A stretch of 60,934 bases of DNA, filler included, from Candidatus Omnitrophota bacterium (GCA_015233495.1; 4 parts of 4 records of this genome joined end to end with filler, not necessarily neighbours in it), one strand, 5' to 3'; positions 9,980-20,733 are shown, counted from the first letter of the whole stretch. Program-made: numbers and translations. The notes: generated by a model not told the origin, from the letters alone.

Positions 9980-10342
9980 TTGGTAATCTTGAAAAGATTT
10001 GGTCGGGATGTTTATATTTGGTGTGCGGCGGTTGGGTTGACTTGCGGCTGCGCGGCGGCCGGCCGGCAAAGGCCTTTGGTTCGGGAACCCAAGACTGACG
10101 CGCAGACTATGGCCGCGGTGGCGGAATCCGTGGCGGGTAAACCGCTATCCGAAAAAGAAATTCAACGGATTGCCAATGATTTGCGGCAAAATTCCGACGC
10201 GCGTTCCGCGGTGGGAATGATTACGAACACCATGCAGGGCGAGGGAATCAAAGCGAAATATTCCCCGGTGACGGGGAAACGCTACGCGCCGCATTTGGAT
10301 ATTGATCCGGAAACGGGAGTTAAATTGTTGCCGGTGGAATAA
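9980..10342 (+). CDS. Hypothetical lipoprotein
   Basis: Lipobox-like LTCGC; start codon uncertain. Confidence 0.6.
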   Translation: MVILKRFGRDVYIWCAAVGLTCGCAAAGRQRPLVREPKTDAQTMAAVAESVAGKPLSEKEIQRIANDLRQNSDARSAVGMITNTMQGEGIKAKYSPVTGKRYAPHLDIDPETGVKLLPVE

Positions 10343-10364
10343 TTTTTTTGAATAAGGACTATTT

Positions 10365-10868
10365 ATGAAGTGTGATATGTGCACCAAAAAAGCCACGGTC
10401 CACTTGACCGAGATTATCGATGGCAAAGTTATTGAAATGCATCTTTGCCAGGAATGCGCCCAAAAAAAAAGTTCGCAGATGCAGAAGGAATTCGGGTTAG
10501 CGGATCTTTTAGCCGGGCTGACCGAATTTCAATCCAGCGTGCAAACGGAACCCAAACAGGAAATCAAATGCCCGCATTGTCAAACGCGTTTTGAAGAATT
10601 CAAAGAGATCGGGCGTTTGGGGTGCAGTGAATGTTATGGGGCGTTTAAAGAGCAGTTGGATCCGCTTTTAAAACGCATCCATGGATCGAATCGGCATCAA
10701 GGGAAAAAACCGATTGGCTTGGCTGTGGCAGTTAAAGAAACCGCCATTAAGCCGCAAGAGGCTTTGAATGATTTGAAAGAGAAATTGCAAGGCGCGGTCC
10801 GGACGGAAAATTTCGAACAGGCCGCATTGTTAAGGGACAAAATCCGTGAATTGGAAGAACATATTTAA
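10365..10868 (+). CDS. mcsA: Protein-arginine kinase activator McsA (UvrB/C motif)
   Basis: Four CxxC motifs, GRLGC..CY..F, IHG...[15 protein letters not shown]. Confidence 0.92.
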   Translation: MKCDMCTKKATVHLTEIIDGKVIEMHLCQECAQKKSSQMQKEFGLADLLAGLTEFQSSVQTEPKQEIKCPHCQTRFEEFKEIGRLGCSECYGAFKEQLDPLLKRIHGSNRHQGKKPIGLAVAVKETAIKPQEALNDLKEKLQGAVRTENFEQAALLRDKIRELEEHI

Positions 10869-11091
10869 TGTCCTGTCCTGGCCGTTTGCCGCGTTCGTGC
10901 GTCTTTACCAGATGGTGATCAAGCCGTGGCTTCCGCCGCTTTGCCGGCACACACCGTCCTGTTCCGCTTATGCCGCCGCAGCCATTAAAATTCACGGCGT
11001 CGTCGGCGTCTGGCTGAGCGTCAAACGGCTGCTGCGTTGTCATCCCTGGGGAACGTTCGGATATGATCCCGTGCCAGAGGATCGGCGATGA
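10846..11091 (+). CDS. yidD: Membrane protein insertion efficiency factor YidD
   Basis: [27 protein letters not shown]. Confidence 0.93.
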   Translation: MNWKNIFNVLSWPFAAFVRLYQMVIKPWLPPLCRHTPSCSAYAAAAIKIHGVVGVWLSVKRLLRCHPWGTFGYDPVPEDRR

Positions 11092-11993
11092 ATTCCTTTT
11101 TCCGCGGCTTTGTTTGCCTTTGTTTGTTTTGCGCGGTTTGCGGCGCGTTTTTATTTATCGGACCGCGGTTCTTTCCCGAATGGGCATATATCCCTTTTAA
11201 AATCAATCCGGTAGCCTTGGCTCGGGGGCCGCTGCGTTTGCACTGGTATGGCCTGATGTACGCGGTCGCTTTTTTGCTCGTGTATGGCTTAGTCCGCTAT
11301 CGGCTGAATCGGGAAAAATGGGAAATTGTTCCTAATCAGATCGACGATTTTTTTACCTGGGGCATGGCCGGAGTGTTAGCCGGAGGCCGGCTGGGGTATG
11401 TGCTTTTTTATAATCTGTCCTATTTTTTAAAGCATCCCTGGGAAGCGTTTATTCCTCTGCAGGCGGACGGACACGGGTGGTATTTTGGGCTTTACGGTAT
11501 GTCTTATCACGGGGGGCTTATCGGCGTTGCGGCGGCGTTTTATTTATTCAGCCGCAAATACAAACTCAATGTCTGGTCAATGGCGGATTTATTCGTTCCG
11601 GTGATTCCGTTGGGATACGCTTTCGGACGTATCGGTAATTTTATCAACGGTGAATTATACGGCCGGGTCACGTCCGCGCCTTGGGCCATGATTTTTCCAA
11701 TGGATCCTTTGCGGCAGCCGCGGCATCCGTCGCAATTGTACGAAGCCGCCTTCGAAGGTTTTTTTCTGTTCATAACGCTTTGGACTCTGCGGCAAATTCC
11801 GCAATTGCGCGGCAAATTTTTCGGCTTATATCTTTTGGGTTACGGCTTAGTCCGTTTTGTCCTTGAATATTTCCGGGAACCGGACGTCCAAATCGGTTAT
11901 CTGCTCGCCGGCCTCACCCTGGGCCAAATCCTCTGCCTGATCATGATCGTTGCCGGAGCGGGGTTCGCATTCCGTCGTCAAATTTATGTTTGA
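11088..11993 (+). CDS. lgt: Prolipoprotein diacylglyceryl transferase
   Basis: [49 protein letters not shown]. Confidence 0.97.
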   Translation: MNSFFRGFVCLCLFCAVCGAFLFIGPRFFPEWAYIPFKINPVALARGPLRLHWYGLMYAVAFLLVYGLVRYRLNREKWEIVPNQIDDFFTWGMAGVLAGGRLGYVLFYNLSYFLKHPWEAFIPLQADGHGWYFGLYGMSYHGGLIGVAAAFYLFSRKYKLNVWSMADLFVPVIPLGYAFGRIGNFINGELYGRVTSAPWAMIFPMDPLRQPRHPSQLYEAAFEGFFLFITLWTLRQIPQLRGKFFGLYLLGYGLVRFVLEYFREPDVQIGYLLAGLTLGQILCLIMIVAGAGFAFRRQIYV

Positions 11994-12069
11994 TATTTTT
12001 TCGCGGCTGACCGGCGTATTTTTCCTTTTTAAGTATTGTCACTTCTCCCGCCGCGGGTTATCATAAAGT

Positions 12070-13389
12070 ATGCTTAAATATTTCGTCATTGACACCAATG
12101 TCCTGATTCACAATCCGCAGTCGCTTTATTCGTTTGCCGACAATGTTGTAGTTATCCCGATCACGGTTATTGAAGAGCTGGACCGGTTTAAAAGTAGCGC
12201 GGACAAAAAAGGGATGCACGCCCGGCAGGTGCTGCGCGAGATTGACCGGTTGATCACCCGCGGCGCTTTAAAACGCGGGGCCACGATGAACAATGGCGGA
12301 ACGCTGGTGATTTTTCTCGAAACGGAGCGGATCGAACTGCCTTTGTTGGACGACAGCCTCAATGATAACCGCATCATCGGAGTCGCCTGGAAACTGCAGC
12401 TCGAAGGGAAAAAGGTCATTTTTGTATCCAAGGACGTCAATGCCCGCATCAAAGCCGAGGCCTTGGGGATAGACGCCCGCGATTATGAAAATCAAAAAGT
12501 CGAATATGTGAATTTATATCGCGGCTGGAAAACGGTCGCGGTTGCCTCCGACGATATCAAGGTTTTGCGGGAAGGGGGCAAGATTTATCCGCAATTGGAC
12601 GAGGTGATGCCCAATGAATACGCTTATGTGCGGTCGTTGTCCGAACCTTCTTTGGATGCCATCGCGAAGATCGACGCGGATGCCGGGACATTGCTGCCGA
12701 TCAATCATAAGTGCCGGTCCATGGGGATCACGCCTTTGAACGTCGAACAGCGTTTCGCTTTCGACCTTTTGCTCAACGATCAGATAAAATTGGTGACGCT
12801 CGTCGGGCAGGCCGGCAGCGGCAAAACCTTGATGGCGATTGCCTGCGCTTTATCGAAAATTTTGATGCCGAATCCAGGGTATGAAAAATTGTTGATTGTT
12901 CGTCCCATTGTCCCGCTGGGCAAAGACATTGGCTATCTTCCCGGGAGCAAGGAAAAGAAATTGAATTATTGGATGCAGCCGATTTACGACAATATGGATT
13001 TTATCTTAAAAAAGTCGTTGAGCGCGAAAAACGGGGATGTGACGGTGAGCGAATTAACCATGGAGTCTTTGACAAAATCTGATATGATTGAAATTGAGGC
13101 TTTGACGTATATTCGCGGCCGGAGTATCCCGAATCAATTTTTTATTGTCGATGAGGCGCAGAACTTGACGCCGCATGAAATCAAAACCATCATTTCGCGC
13201 GCCGGAGAGGGCACCAAAATCGTCTTGACCGGCGATCCGGATCAGATCGACAACCCTTATCTCGACGCGAATTCCAATGGGTTGTCCTACACCGTGGAAC
13301 GGATGAAGCACCACAAATTATTCGGGCATATTTTGCTATCGAAAAGCGAACGCTCAGAATTGGCGTCGCTGGCAGTGGATTATTTATAG
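12070..13389 (+). CDS. PIN-PhoH (PhoH2/YlaK-type) protein
   Basis: PIN motif DTNVL, Walker A GQAGSGKT, IRGRSI, DEAQN, GDPDQID. Confidence 0.93.
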   Translation: MLKYFVIDTNVLIHNPQSLYSFADNVVVIPITVIEELDRFKSSADKKGMHARQVLREIDRLITRGALKRGATMNNGGTLVIFLETERIELPLLDDSLNDNRIIGVAWKLQLEGKKVIFVSKDVNARIKAEALGIDARDYENQKVEYVNLYRGWKTVAVASDDIKVLREGGKIYPQLDEVMPNEYAYVRSLSEPSLDAIAKIDADAGTLLPINHKCRSMGITPLNVEQRFAFDLLLNDQIKLVTLVGQAGSGKTLMAIACALSKILMPNPGYEKLLIVRPIVPLGKDIGYLPGSKEKKLNYWMQPIYDNMDFILKKSLSAKNGDVTVSELTMESLTKSDMIEIEALTYIRGRSIPNQFFIVDEAQNLTPHEIKTIISRAGEGTKIVLTGDPDQIDNPYLDANSNGLSYTVERMKHHKLFGHILLSKSERSELASLAVDYL

Positions 13390-13396
13390 GAGGGGG

Positions 13397-13819
13397 ATGA
13401 TGAAAAACAGAATTTTCGGGGCGTTTTTTTTCCTATTGGTTTTGTTCCAATTTCCATCTCTCAGCGCCGGGGAGACGGCAAAAAATTGGGATGAAGAAGA
13501 AGTGATGTATGGTTTCGTGGTATCCGCCAGCCAGACGAATATTGTCATGCGGGAATATGCATTGGACCAAGATAAAGAAGTGCAACAGTCCTATATCGTC
13601 ACTCCGGAGACGATGACCGAGGGCGTCAATTCCATCCTGGACTTAAAACCCGGCGATGAAGTCGAGATTTTTTATACCCTGAAAGACGGAAACCGCTTGG
13701 CCTTAAACATTGCCAAAGACGAAATAGACGCTAAAATCGATCCTAATTCAACCGAAGAAGCCGAAGCTAACGCCCTGGAACCGGAAGCTTTGGCCCCGGC
13801 GAACACGGCCCAACCCTAA
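13397..13819 (+). CDS. Secreted hypothetical protein (OB-fold-like)
   Basis: Signal peptide, LKPGDEVEIFY; strong RBS. Confidence 0.7.
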   Translation: MMKNRIFGAFFFLLVLFQFPSLSAGETAKNWDEEEVMYGFVVSASQTNIVMREYALDQDKEVQQSYIVTPETMTEGVNSILDLKPGDEVEIFYTLKDGNRLALNIAKDEIDAKIDPNSTEEAEANALEPEALAPANTAQP

Positions 13820-13984
13820 TGAGACTGCCGCTCAACGCCTGGCGGCGGCGTGATTCCGCCGCGGACGCGGCTTAAGCAGATTTCGGACCCGCCTCGATAT
13901 ACCGGTTGTAATCCAAATCCATCTATGTTAAAATAAAATGTTTTTTCCACGATGAGTTCAACACACTATTCCTAAGGAGAATGT

Positions 13985-14728
13985 ATGCGGGTAGCTTCTA
14001 AAATTTCATGGGCCATTTTTGCGGGGTTGACGCTCGGCGCTTTTTGGGTCGACGCTTCGTTCGCTCAGCAGAACGTGAAGCCATTGATCAATTATGTCGC
14101 GCAGACAAAACAGGAGAGCATGACGCTCTGGCAGATCCTCAAGGCGGGCGGCGGACTGATGTTTCTCTTGGCGGCTTTGTCGATCGTAGCCATGACGATT
14201 GTGATTTATGATTTCATCTGGCTGAAACCGTCCCGTTTATGCCCGAAAGAGTTCGGCGAAAAAATGATGACCACCTTGGAAGAAGGCGATTTGAAGGCGG
14301 CGTTGAAAATGTGCTCTACGGAAACCCATATCACCGCGAATATTGTCCGGGCGGGTTTGGAGAAACGGGCGAAGGGCCGTCTTTTGGCGAAAGAAGCGAT
14401 TGAAAACCGAGCCCGTCGGGAGGTGGACAGCCTTTGGCAGAATATCAATTATCTTTCCGACATCGCGCAGGTCGCGCCCTTAGTCGGCTTGCTGGGAACG
14501 GTTTTAGGGATGATACAGGCGTTTAATGTAGTGGCGTTTCAGTCGGTTTTAGTGAAGCCGATTGTGTTGGCCGGAGGGATTTCCAAGGCCATGGTAACGA
14601 CGGCGGGGGGATTGTTCGTCGCGATTCCGTCTTTGATTTTTTATTCGTTTTTCCGAACCAAGGTCCAGGAAATCACCAGCGAAGTTGAAAGTTATTGCAG
14701 TGATTTGGTCAAAATATTCGAGCGATAA
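13985..14728 (+). CDS. exbB: MotA/TolQ/ExbB proton channel protein
   Basis: APLVGLLGTVLGMIQAF, GISKAMVTTAGGL.VAIP. Confidence 0.92.
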   Translation: MRVASKISWAIFAGLTLGAFWVDASFAQQNVKPLINYVAQTKQESMTLWQILKAGGGLMFLLAALSIVAMTIVIYDFIWLKPSRLCPKEFGEKMMTTLEEGDLKAALKMCSTETHITANIVRAGLEKRAKGRLLAKEAIENRARREVDSLWQNINYLSDIAQVAPLVGLLGTVLGMIQAFNVVAFQSVLVKPIVLAGGISKAMVTTAGGLFVAIPSLIFYSFFRTKVQEITSEVESYCSDLVKIFER

Positions 14729-14782
14729 ATATCGCCGCGGGGCGCCTGCGGGACTCCGACTTGAAAGGTTGAGGAGAAAGCC

Positions 14783-15211
14783 ATGTTAAAGTTAGCTCCC
14801 AATGAACAGATCCGCCAGAAACCCGTGATCCAGATGGTTCCGCTGGTGGACATTCTTTTTTTCACCTTGATTTTTTTCATGTGCGTGTCAATCTACGCCC
14901 AAATGGAAGCGGAATTGACAATCACGGTGCCGAAGGCGAAATATTCCAAAGAGGATTTGCGCAATCCCGGCGAGATCATCATTAACGTGAACAAAGACGG
15001 CCGCGTGGTCGTGAATCAGAAATCTTTGGCGGAAAATGAATTGGGCGGTATGCTTAAGAAAGTGTCCGCGCTTTTTCCCAATCAGGCCGTTATCATCCGC
15101 GCCGATGAACGGACCATGCATAAATACGTGGTCAATGTTTTGGACGCGTGCGCGTCTGCGAACATTTGGAATATCTCCTTCGCCACGATTAAAGAAAATC
15201 TAAAGAAATAA
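14783..15211 (+). CDS. exbD: ExbD/TolR biopolymer transport protein
   Basis: PLVDILFFTLIFFM, VIIRAD. Confidence 0.92.
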   Translation: MLKLAPNEQIRQKPVIQMVPLVDILFFTLIFFMCVSIYAQMEAELTITVPKAKYSKEDLRNPGEIIINVNKDGRVVVNQKSLAENELGGMLKKVSALFPNQAVIIRADERTMHKYVVNVLDACASANIWNISFATIKENLKK

Positions 15212-15215
15212 CATC

Positions 15216-15406
15216 ATGGTCCCGATCCGCAGAATGATCCTTTCGTTTGGAGCAGTTTTTTTTCTCTTTAACGCGGTTTTGCTTTCTGCCGATGAGGCGC
15301 AGCCGGTCATTCTCAAAGACGCGGAACAAGTTGATTTTGCCAATGGTTTGTTTGAGCGGTCGCTTTATTCCATGGCCGCCGCGGAATATCAAAAATTTAT
15401 CCGCGC
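15216..15406 (+). CDS. Secreted TPR-like protein, cut by contig end
   Basis: Signal peptide then FANGLFERSLYSMAAAEYQKFI. Confidence 0.6.
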
Positions 15407-15506
15407 NNNNNNNNNNNNNNNNNNNNNNNNNNNNNNNNNNNNNNNNNNNNTTAATTAATTAANNNNNNNNNNNNNNNNNNNNNNNNNNNNNNNNNNNNNN
15501 NNNNNN
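15407..15506. other. Artificial contig linker
   Basis: N-run, TTAATTAATTAA (stops in six frames), N-run; identical at three positions. Confidence 0.99.
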
Positions 15507-15507
15507 C

Positions 15508-15771
15508 ATCCAAAATAAGCTTCAAAATAAAGAGCAAGCCCAAATCGCTAAAATCTGGCGACGCATTAAAACGCTTTCTCCCCGAGAGCTCGAAGTATTC
15601 CGTTTAGTGTCTAAGGGCTTGTTGAGCAAACAGATCGCCGCCAAACGCGGGACTGCCTTGCAGACAATCAAAGTTCACCGCAGCCGGGTCATGCAAAAAA
15701 TGCAAGCCAAAACACTTGTCGAGCTCGTCAGCTTCGCTCAGAAAGCCGGGCTGGTTTCCTCCGAGCGTTAA
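15508..15771 (+). CDS. FixJ/LuxR-family response regulator, C-terminal HTH (5' cut by contig end; not in ORF track)
   Basis: Manual translation: ...TLSPRELEVFRLVSKGLLSKQIAAKRGTALQTIKVHRSRVMQKMQAKTLVELV...*. Confidence 0.9.
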   Translation: MQNKLQNKEQAQIAKIWRRIKTLSPRELEVFRLVSKGLLSKQIAAKRGTALQTIKVHRSRVMQKMQAKTLVELVSFAQKAGLVSSER

Positions 15772-15914
15772 ATAAATTTGCAGCCGCAGACCGTTACATA
15801 CTTCGCTTTATTTATCCCCAAATTCCTTGTAGTACTTCAGTATCATTGATGCCTTTTCGTGTTCTTCTACAATAGAACTGTGAAATAAAATTAACGCGCG
15901 TCAAAGGAGATTTT

Positions 15915-16082
15915 ATGACTGGGATATTGGGACTTTTAATTTTAATTCTCGACGTTATTGCTGTTGTGGATACATTGCGCAGTTCTATGAACACCGGGGA
16001 AAAGACGTTATGGGTTATTTTGATTCTGCTTTTGCCGGTGATTGGGATGGCGCTTTATTTTTTGATGGGAAAGAAGCCATAA
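15915..16082 (+). CDS. Small membrane protein, PLDc_N family (55 aa; not in ORF track)
   Basis: RBS AAGGAG; MTGILGLLILILDVIAVVDTLRSSMNTGEKTLWVILILLLPVIGMALYFLMGKKP. Confidence 0.85.
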   Translation: MTGILGLLILILDVIAVVDTLRSSMNTGEKTLWVILILLLPVIGMALYFLMGKKP

Positions 16083-16113
16083 CCAACTCTGTAATCGGGT
16101 CAGGGACGCGGCG

Positions 16114-17043
16114 ATGAAAAATATTCGCACAATTTTAATTATGACGGCGCTGGTGTTTACGGGTATCGTCATTTTCAAAAACCAAATTATGAAACCGATT
16201 GTTACTATGATCATTAGCCGTATGCTTGGCGCTCCGGCTCATATAGATCGTTTTGCGTTCGGTGTTTTTGATCCGTCGATCCAAATATCGGGGCTTAAGG
16301 TTTATAACCCGAAACGTTTTCCGCCGGGGTTATTGATGGATTGTTCAAAAATCAATGTCATTTATGACCGGCCGGCTTTGTTAAAGCAAATATTGCATTT
16401 CGTTTTTGTCAAGATCGAATTGAATGAAATAGGAATCACGAAGAATCAAAAAGGTTTACTGAACATAAATTCTTTAAAAACCTCGCAATCGACTTCGCCG
16501 TCTCAGGCTACAGCGCTGCGGATCGATCTTTTGACCCTCGGGATAGGCCGGATTGTTTATAAGGATTATTCCGAGAGCAAGGAACCCGTGGTGCGGGTTC
16601 ATGCAGTTAATATTCATCAAAGCTACAAAAATATAACCAGCGCGCAGCAATTGGCTCTACTGATCATTGCCGAGCCGGTCAAAGCAGCGGGTATAAAAGG
16701 TTTGGAAATTTACGGAGTCGCGATGTTGGCGGGAGTTGCCGTGCTTCCGGTCGGTATCGCGGCTACGTATTTTGGCAACGACAGCGTGCGGCAAACATTT
16801 ACGATGGATGGTGAACGGGCTTACGCGGCAAGTTTAATGGTTATGCAAAGCATGGGAAAACTGATCAATGCGGATAAGGCCAAAGGCGCAATTCAAGCGG
16901 TTATCCAAGGAGCCAAGGTTACGGCGCGGGTTGAGATGAAGGCGCATACGACAGAAATCCAAATCACCGCGCGGAAATATCAATTTCCGAATCCGGATAT
17001 CGCCGGCGGAGTGTTATATCAAATCGCGGAGAAACTCAAATGA
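16114..17043 (+). CDS. AsmA-like N-terminal domain envelope protein
   Basis: N-terminal anchor, ISGLKVYNP.RFP, G.LNIN motifs. Confidence 0.6.
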   Translation: MKNIRTILIMTALVFTGIVIFKNQIMKPIVTMIISRMLGAPAHIDRFAFGVFDPSIQISGLKVYNPKRFPPGLLMDCSKINVIYDRPALLKQILHFVFVKIELNEIGITKNQKGLLNINSLKTSQSTSPSQATALRIDLLTLGIGRIVYKDYSESKEPVVRVHAVNIHQSYKNITSAQQLALLIIAEPVKAAGIKGLEIYGVAMLAGVAVLPVGIAATYFGNDSVRQTFTMDGERAYAASLMVMQSMGKLINADKAKGAIQAVIQGAKVTARVEMKAHTTEIQITARKYQFPNPDIAGGVLYQIAEKLK

Positions 17044-17351
17044 TAAAAAAGTCGATGAAAAAAATAAGCGTTTTTTTGCTGTTCAGCTTAATGGTTATTG
17101 TGACGGGCTGTGCCGCAGATCGGCCGCATTATCAAGCGAGACGAAACAGCTATCCTTACGCGTCGGCAGCCCAACAGGCTCGGGAAAACCGGAAATTTAG
17201 GTGCGAGGGCGCGGTATTTAATAATCAAGCCAATACGGAAATCAGGGATAACAAGGCAGATGAAAAGGAGGAAGCCAAGAACGCAGACAGCAAAAAGAAA
17301 AAGGAAGAAGACCGGACCAAAGATGAAGGTCAGGTCAAAATAAATTTTTAA
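17040..17351 (+). CDS. Hypothetical lipoprotein
   Basis: Lipobox VTGC; overlaps the upstream stop. Confidence 0.6.
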   Translation: MIKKSMKKISVFLLFSLMVIVTGCAADRPHYQARRNSYPYASAAQQARENRKFRCEGAVFNNQANTEIRDNKADEKEEAKNADSKKKKEEDRTKDEGQVKINF

Positions 17352-17371
17352 TCTTGAAAGGAACGCGTCAT

Positions 17372-18031
17372 ATGAAATCGAATTATTTAAAACTAATGTT
17401 AGCGGTCACTACCGGATTCTTGTTGACCAGTGTTTCGGCGCGCGCCGCGGAGCCGATGGATACGCATAAAATTTCCGGTGAAATCACCTGGATTGACACC
17501 AAGCTCGGCAAGCTGCAACTGCAAAGGGATCAATCCCCAGTGACCGGGGCAATTACAGAATATCGCGTTACCGAGCATGAGACGCGCGTCAAAGCGCCCG
17601 TTGATAAAAAGTTTTTATCTATCAAAGATTTGCAACCGGGACAGCATGTCACCTTAGAGATAGTCAACGGTCAAGAAGACAAGATCGTGCCTTTGATTAA
17701 GGCTGATCCGATCCCGGTGTCGGAATATCAAGAAGCCTATGGCGAGATTGCGGCTATTGATGTGACGGCCGGCACTTTAACTTTATCCGAAAGACCAAAT
17801 GACGCGGAAATGGGAGACCAGCATTTGGCATACTTTATTTTTGATCCCCAAGACATCATTGTCAGACGCAGTCCCAACCCACAGCCGGTGCGGTTGGAAG
17901 TTAATCACGGAGATGTGGTTCGAATCGAATATGTCGTGAAAGATGAAAAACGCCGGGCACATTCGCTGACATTGTATTCGCCGCAAGTTACGAGCACCAC
18001 CACAACGACGACTACGACGATCACGCGATAA
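17372..18031 (+). CDS. Secreted protein with two OB-fold-like repeats
   Basis: Signal peptide; two GEI..ID...G.L.L units; Thr-rich tail. Confidence 0.65.
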   Translation: MKSNYLKLMLAVTTGFLLTSVSARAAEPMDTHKISGEITWIDTKLGKLQLQRDQSPVTGAITEYRVTEHETRVKAPVDKKFLSIKDLQPGQHVTLEIVNGQEDKIVPLIKADPIPVSEYQEAYGEIAAIDVTAGTLTLSERPNDAEMGDQHLAYFIFDPQDIIVRRSPNPQPVRLEVNHGDVVRIEYVVKDEKRRAHSLTLYSPQVTSTTTTTTTTITR

Positions 18032-18039
18032 CGCGTAGC

Positions 18040-20733
18040 ATGACTGTCAAAGGGAGAAAGGAAATGGATGCGCGCGGGAAAAAAATTATTCGTTTTTTGA
18101 TCTCAGGGACGCTGGTCACCGCCACGGATTTTAGTTTATATTATATTTTGTCTCCGGGGATGCCTTTTAGCGTCGCGAAAGGGATTTCTTTTTCCTCCGC
18201 GGGTATGGCGGGCTATTGGCTGAATAAATACTGGACGTTTAAAAATAATCAGTCTGCGGGCGCGCAACTCGGCCGTTACGCGTTCATTAATATTTTGGCA
18301 TTGGCAATCAATGTTTTTATTAACCAACAGATCCTCCGCGCGCGGCCGGGAGAGGTTTTTGGGGCTTTTGTTACAGCTACGGCATTGACAAGTCTTTTTG
18401 TTTTTGCGGGCTTCAAATGGTGGGTGTTTGGTTCTGTTTTAAAAGAGCGGATAATGTCCGTGTGGTGGAAATGGTTTCCCTGGCGTTTTTTAGTCAGAGA
18501 CGCGGCGCGGCGGCGGGGATTTTTGGATCCGATTAAAATTCTTGCGCAGTTGCAGAATTTCTCCCAACCGGCGGAAGTGACCGCGCCGACGGAATTGTTG
18601 CGTTCCGGCGTGGTTTTGCACGCGCGGGGCTTGATAAACAGTTTGGCAATCCAACATAATTTAGATTGGATTTGGCCGTATTGGGTGGAGTGTCAATATA
18701 ACCCGCGCGACGCGGCCTTTATTCCCCGGGCTTTTTCTTTAACGCAGATCAATCTGACCCACCGTAATTGGACAGCGCTCGGCATTCCCGACAGCAGTGA
18801 ATTTTCCATTGTGGATCCGCGGGGTCTGGTGACGCCGCTTTACGATGGTTGGTCTTTGGACTCCTGGATTATTCCGAAGGCGGGAGCGCCATTGATCCCT
18901 TGCCGTTTGAAAACGGCTAATCAAAAATTGGACATGAAAAACGGATTGACTGTCCGTACCGAAGTCCATTTCAAGCATTTAAAACTGCAGACTAACGTCC
19001 AGGTTATTGGTTCGGCTGCGGCGCCGATTTGTCAGCTGCGGGTTAAAGGATTAGCGGCGGAATCGGCATGGTTGGTGATTTCCCTGCGGCCCTATAATCC
19101 TGAGGGAGTCAGTTTCATTCAGGATATCGCTTATTTATCAGACCGTCGGGGTTGGCGGGTAAATAAAAATGATCAGGTGTATTTTGATACCAGTCCCGAG
19201 CGGGGGGTGTTTTCCTATTATCAACGCGGTGACGTTTATAGCAGTTTGTTGGCAACGGAAAGAGAAAAGGAAATTTTTTGTAAGGTCGGGATGGCCAGCG
19301 CTGCCGTTTTATACGCGTTGGAAGCGCGAAAAGAAAGGGAAATTACAGTTTCGATCCCTTTGGGAAAAAATATGTCGGAAAATGATTTATCTGCTGCGAA
19401 TCAAAATACGACGGATAACGCCTGGCGGAATAGTCTGCAAGGCGCTTGCGGCCTGCAAATTCCGGATACGCATTTTCAATTTCTCTACGATGCCGCGATT
19501 CGCACTATGGTTTTGCATTGTCCCAAGGAAGTTTATCCGGGCCCTTTCATTTATCGGCGTTTTTGGTTCCGGGACGCCGCTTTTATTTTATCGGCATTGT
19601 TGGCTACAGGGTTTAAAGAACGCGTGCGCCGAGCTTTAGATTGTTTTCGTGCCCGCCAAACACCGCTAGGATATTTTCTCTCGCAGGAGGGCGAATGGGA
19701 TTCCAATGGCGAAGCTTTGTGGATTATGCGCCAGTATTGCGAAATGACCGGTGAAAGCCCGCCTCCGGAATGGAAAGAATCGATCCGGAAAGCTGGCCAA
19801 TGGATTTCAAAAAAGCGTTTGCCAGCAGATATTAAATTTGCGCATGCCGGTTTGTTGCCCGCGGGTTTCAGCGCGGAGCATTTGGGGCCGAATGATTATT
19901 ATTATTGGGATGATTTTTGGGCGGTAGCGGGATTGAACGCCGCGGCATTTTTTGGTAGGGCATACCGGGAAACGGCGAGCGCGGCAGCATTTGAGAAAGA
20001 CAGCCGGGACTTGACCGCCTGTATAAACCGCAGTCTCCAAAATTCTGCCGGGCGTTTACATAGGCCGGCCATCCCCGCCTCGCCTTACCGGAGGTTGGAC
20101 ACTGGCGCGATCGGCTCATTGGCGGCGAGTTATCCTTTGCGTCTTTTTGAACCAGCTGACCAACGGATTATCGACACCGCCAATTTTTTGATGGAAAAAT
20201 GTTTAGTGCAGGGCGGTTTTTTTCATGACATGACCCATTCCGGCATAAATCCCTACTTGACTTTACATTTAGCGCAAGCGTTATTACGGGCAGGCGATCC
20301 GCGTTATTTTGATTTGTTGACTGCGGTAGCTAAGCTCGCTTCTTCGACGGGACAATGGCCGGAGGCGGTGCATCCCTTTACCGGAGGCGGATGTATGGGA
20401 GACGGGCAGCATGTGTGGGCCGCGGCGGAATGGGTTTTGATGATCCGCAATTGTTTTGTGCGGGAAGAAGCGGAAAGCTTAATCCTCTGCTCGGGTATTC
20501 CGCGGGTTTGGATTGAACAAAATCAGTCGCTGGCTTTTGGGCCGGCGCCGACCAGTTTTGGCGATATTCAAATAGTTCTTAAACCTCTGGGCGAAATGCT
20601 GCGCATTGAATGGAAGGGACAATGGTTCAGGGAAGAACCACGGATAGAAATTCGGCTGCCGGGTTTTTTGAAAGTTGCCATTTCACCGGGAACAGATCAT
20701 TTAGAATTGCCGCGCGGAGTGAACCTATGCTGA
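18040..20733 (+). CDS. GtrA-like 4-TM domain fused to a six-hairpin (alpha/alpha)6 glycoside hydrolase-like domain
   Basis: N-terminal RFLISG...LNKYWTFK (GtrA); C-terminal FWFRDAA, EWDSNGEALW, SAEH, YYWDDFW, GQWPEA, GDGQH.W. Confidence 0.75.
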   Translation: MTVKGRKEMDARGKKIIRFLISGTLVTATDFSLYYILSPGMPFSVAKGISFSSAGMAGYWLNKYWTFKNNQSAGAQLGRYAFINILALAINVFINQQILRARPGEVFGAFVTATALTSLFVFAGFKWWVFGSVLKERIMSVWWKWFPWRFLVRDAARRRGFLDPIKILAQLQNFSQPAEVTAPTELLRSGVVLHARGLINSLAIQHNLDWIWPYWVECQYNPRDAAFIPRAFSLTQINLTHRNWTALGIPDSSEFSIVDPRGLVTPLYDGWSLDSWIIPKAGAPLIPCRLKTANQKLDMKNGLTVRTEVHFKHLKLQTNVQVIGSAAAPICQLRVKGLAAESAWLVISLRPYNPEGVSFIQDIAYLSDRRGWRVNKNDQVYFDTSPERGVFSYYQRGDVYSSLLATEREKEIFCKVGMASAAVLYALEARKEREITVSIPLGKNMSENDLSAANQNTTDNAWRNSLQGACGLQIPDTHFQFLYDAAIRTMVLHCPKEVYPGPFIYRRFWFRDAAFILSALLATGFKERVRRALDCFRARQTPLGYFLSQEGEWDSNGEALWIMRQYCEMTGESPPPEWKESIRKAGQWISKKRLPADIKFAHAGLLPAGFSAEHLGPNDYYYWDDFWAVAGLNAAAFFGRAYRETASAAAFEKDSRDLTACINRSLQNSAGRLHRPAIPASPYRRLDTGAIGSLAASYPLRLFEPADQRIIDTANFLMEKCLVQGGFFHDMTHSGINPYLTLHLAQALLRAGDPRYFDLLTAVAKLASSTGQWPEAVHPFTGGGCMGDGQHVWAAAEWVLMIRNCFVREEAESLILCSGIPRVWIEQNQSLAFGPAPTSFGDIQIVLKPLGEMLRIEWKGQWFREEPRIEIRLPGFLKVAISPGTDHLELPRGVNLC

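Noticed and set aside
15407..15506. Repeated TTAATTAATTAA within N-runs (also 30845-30944, 45978-46077)
   Set aside because: Artificial six-frame-stop linker. ORFs containing X and gene neighbourhoods across it are artefacts.
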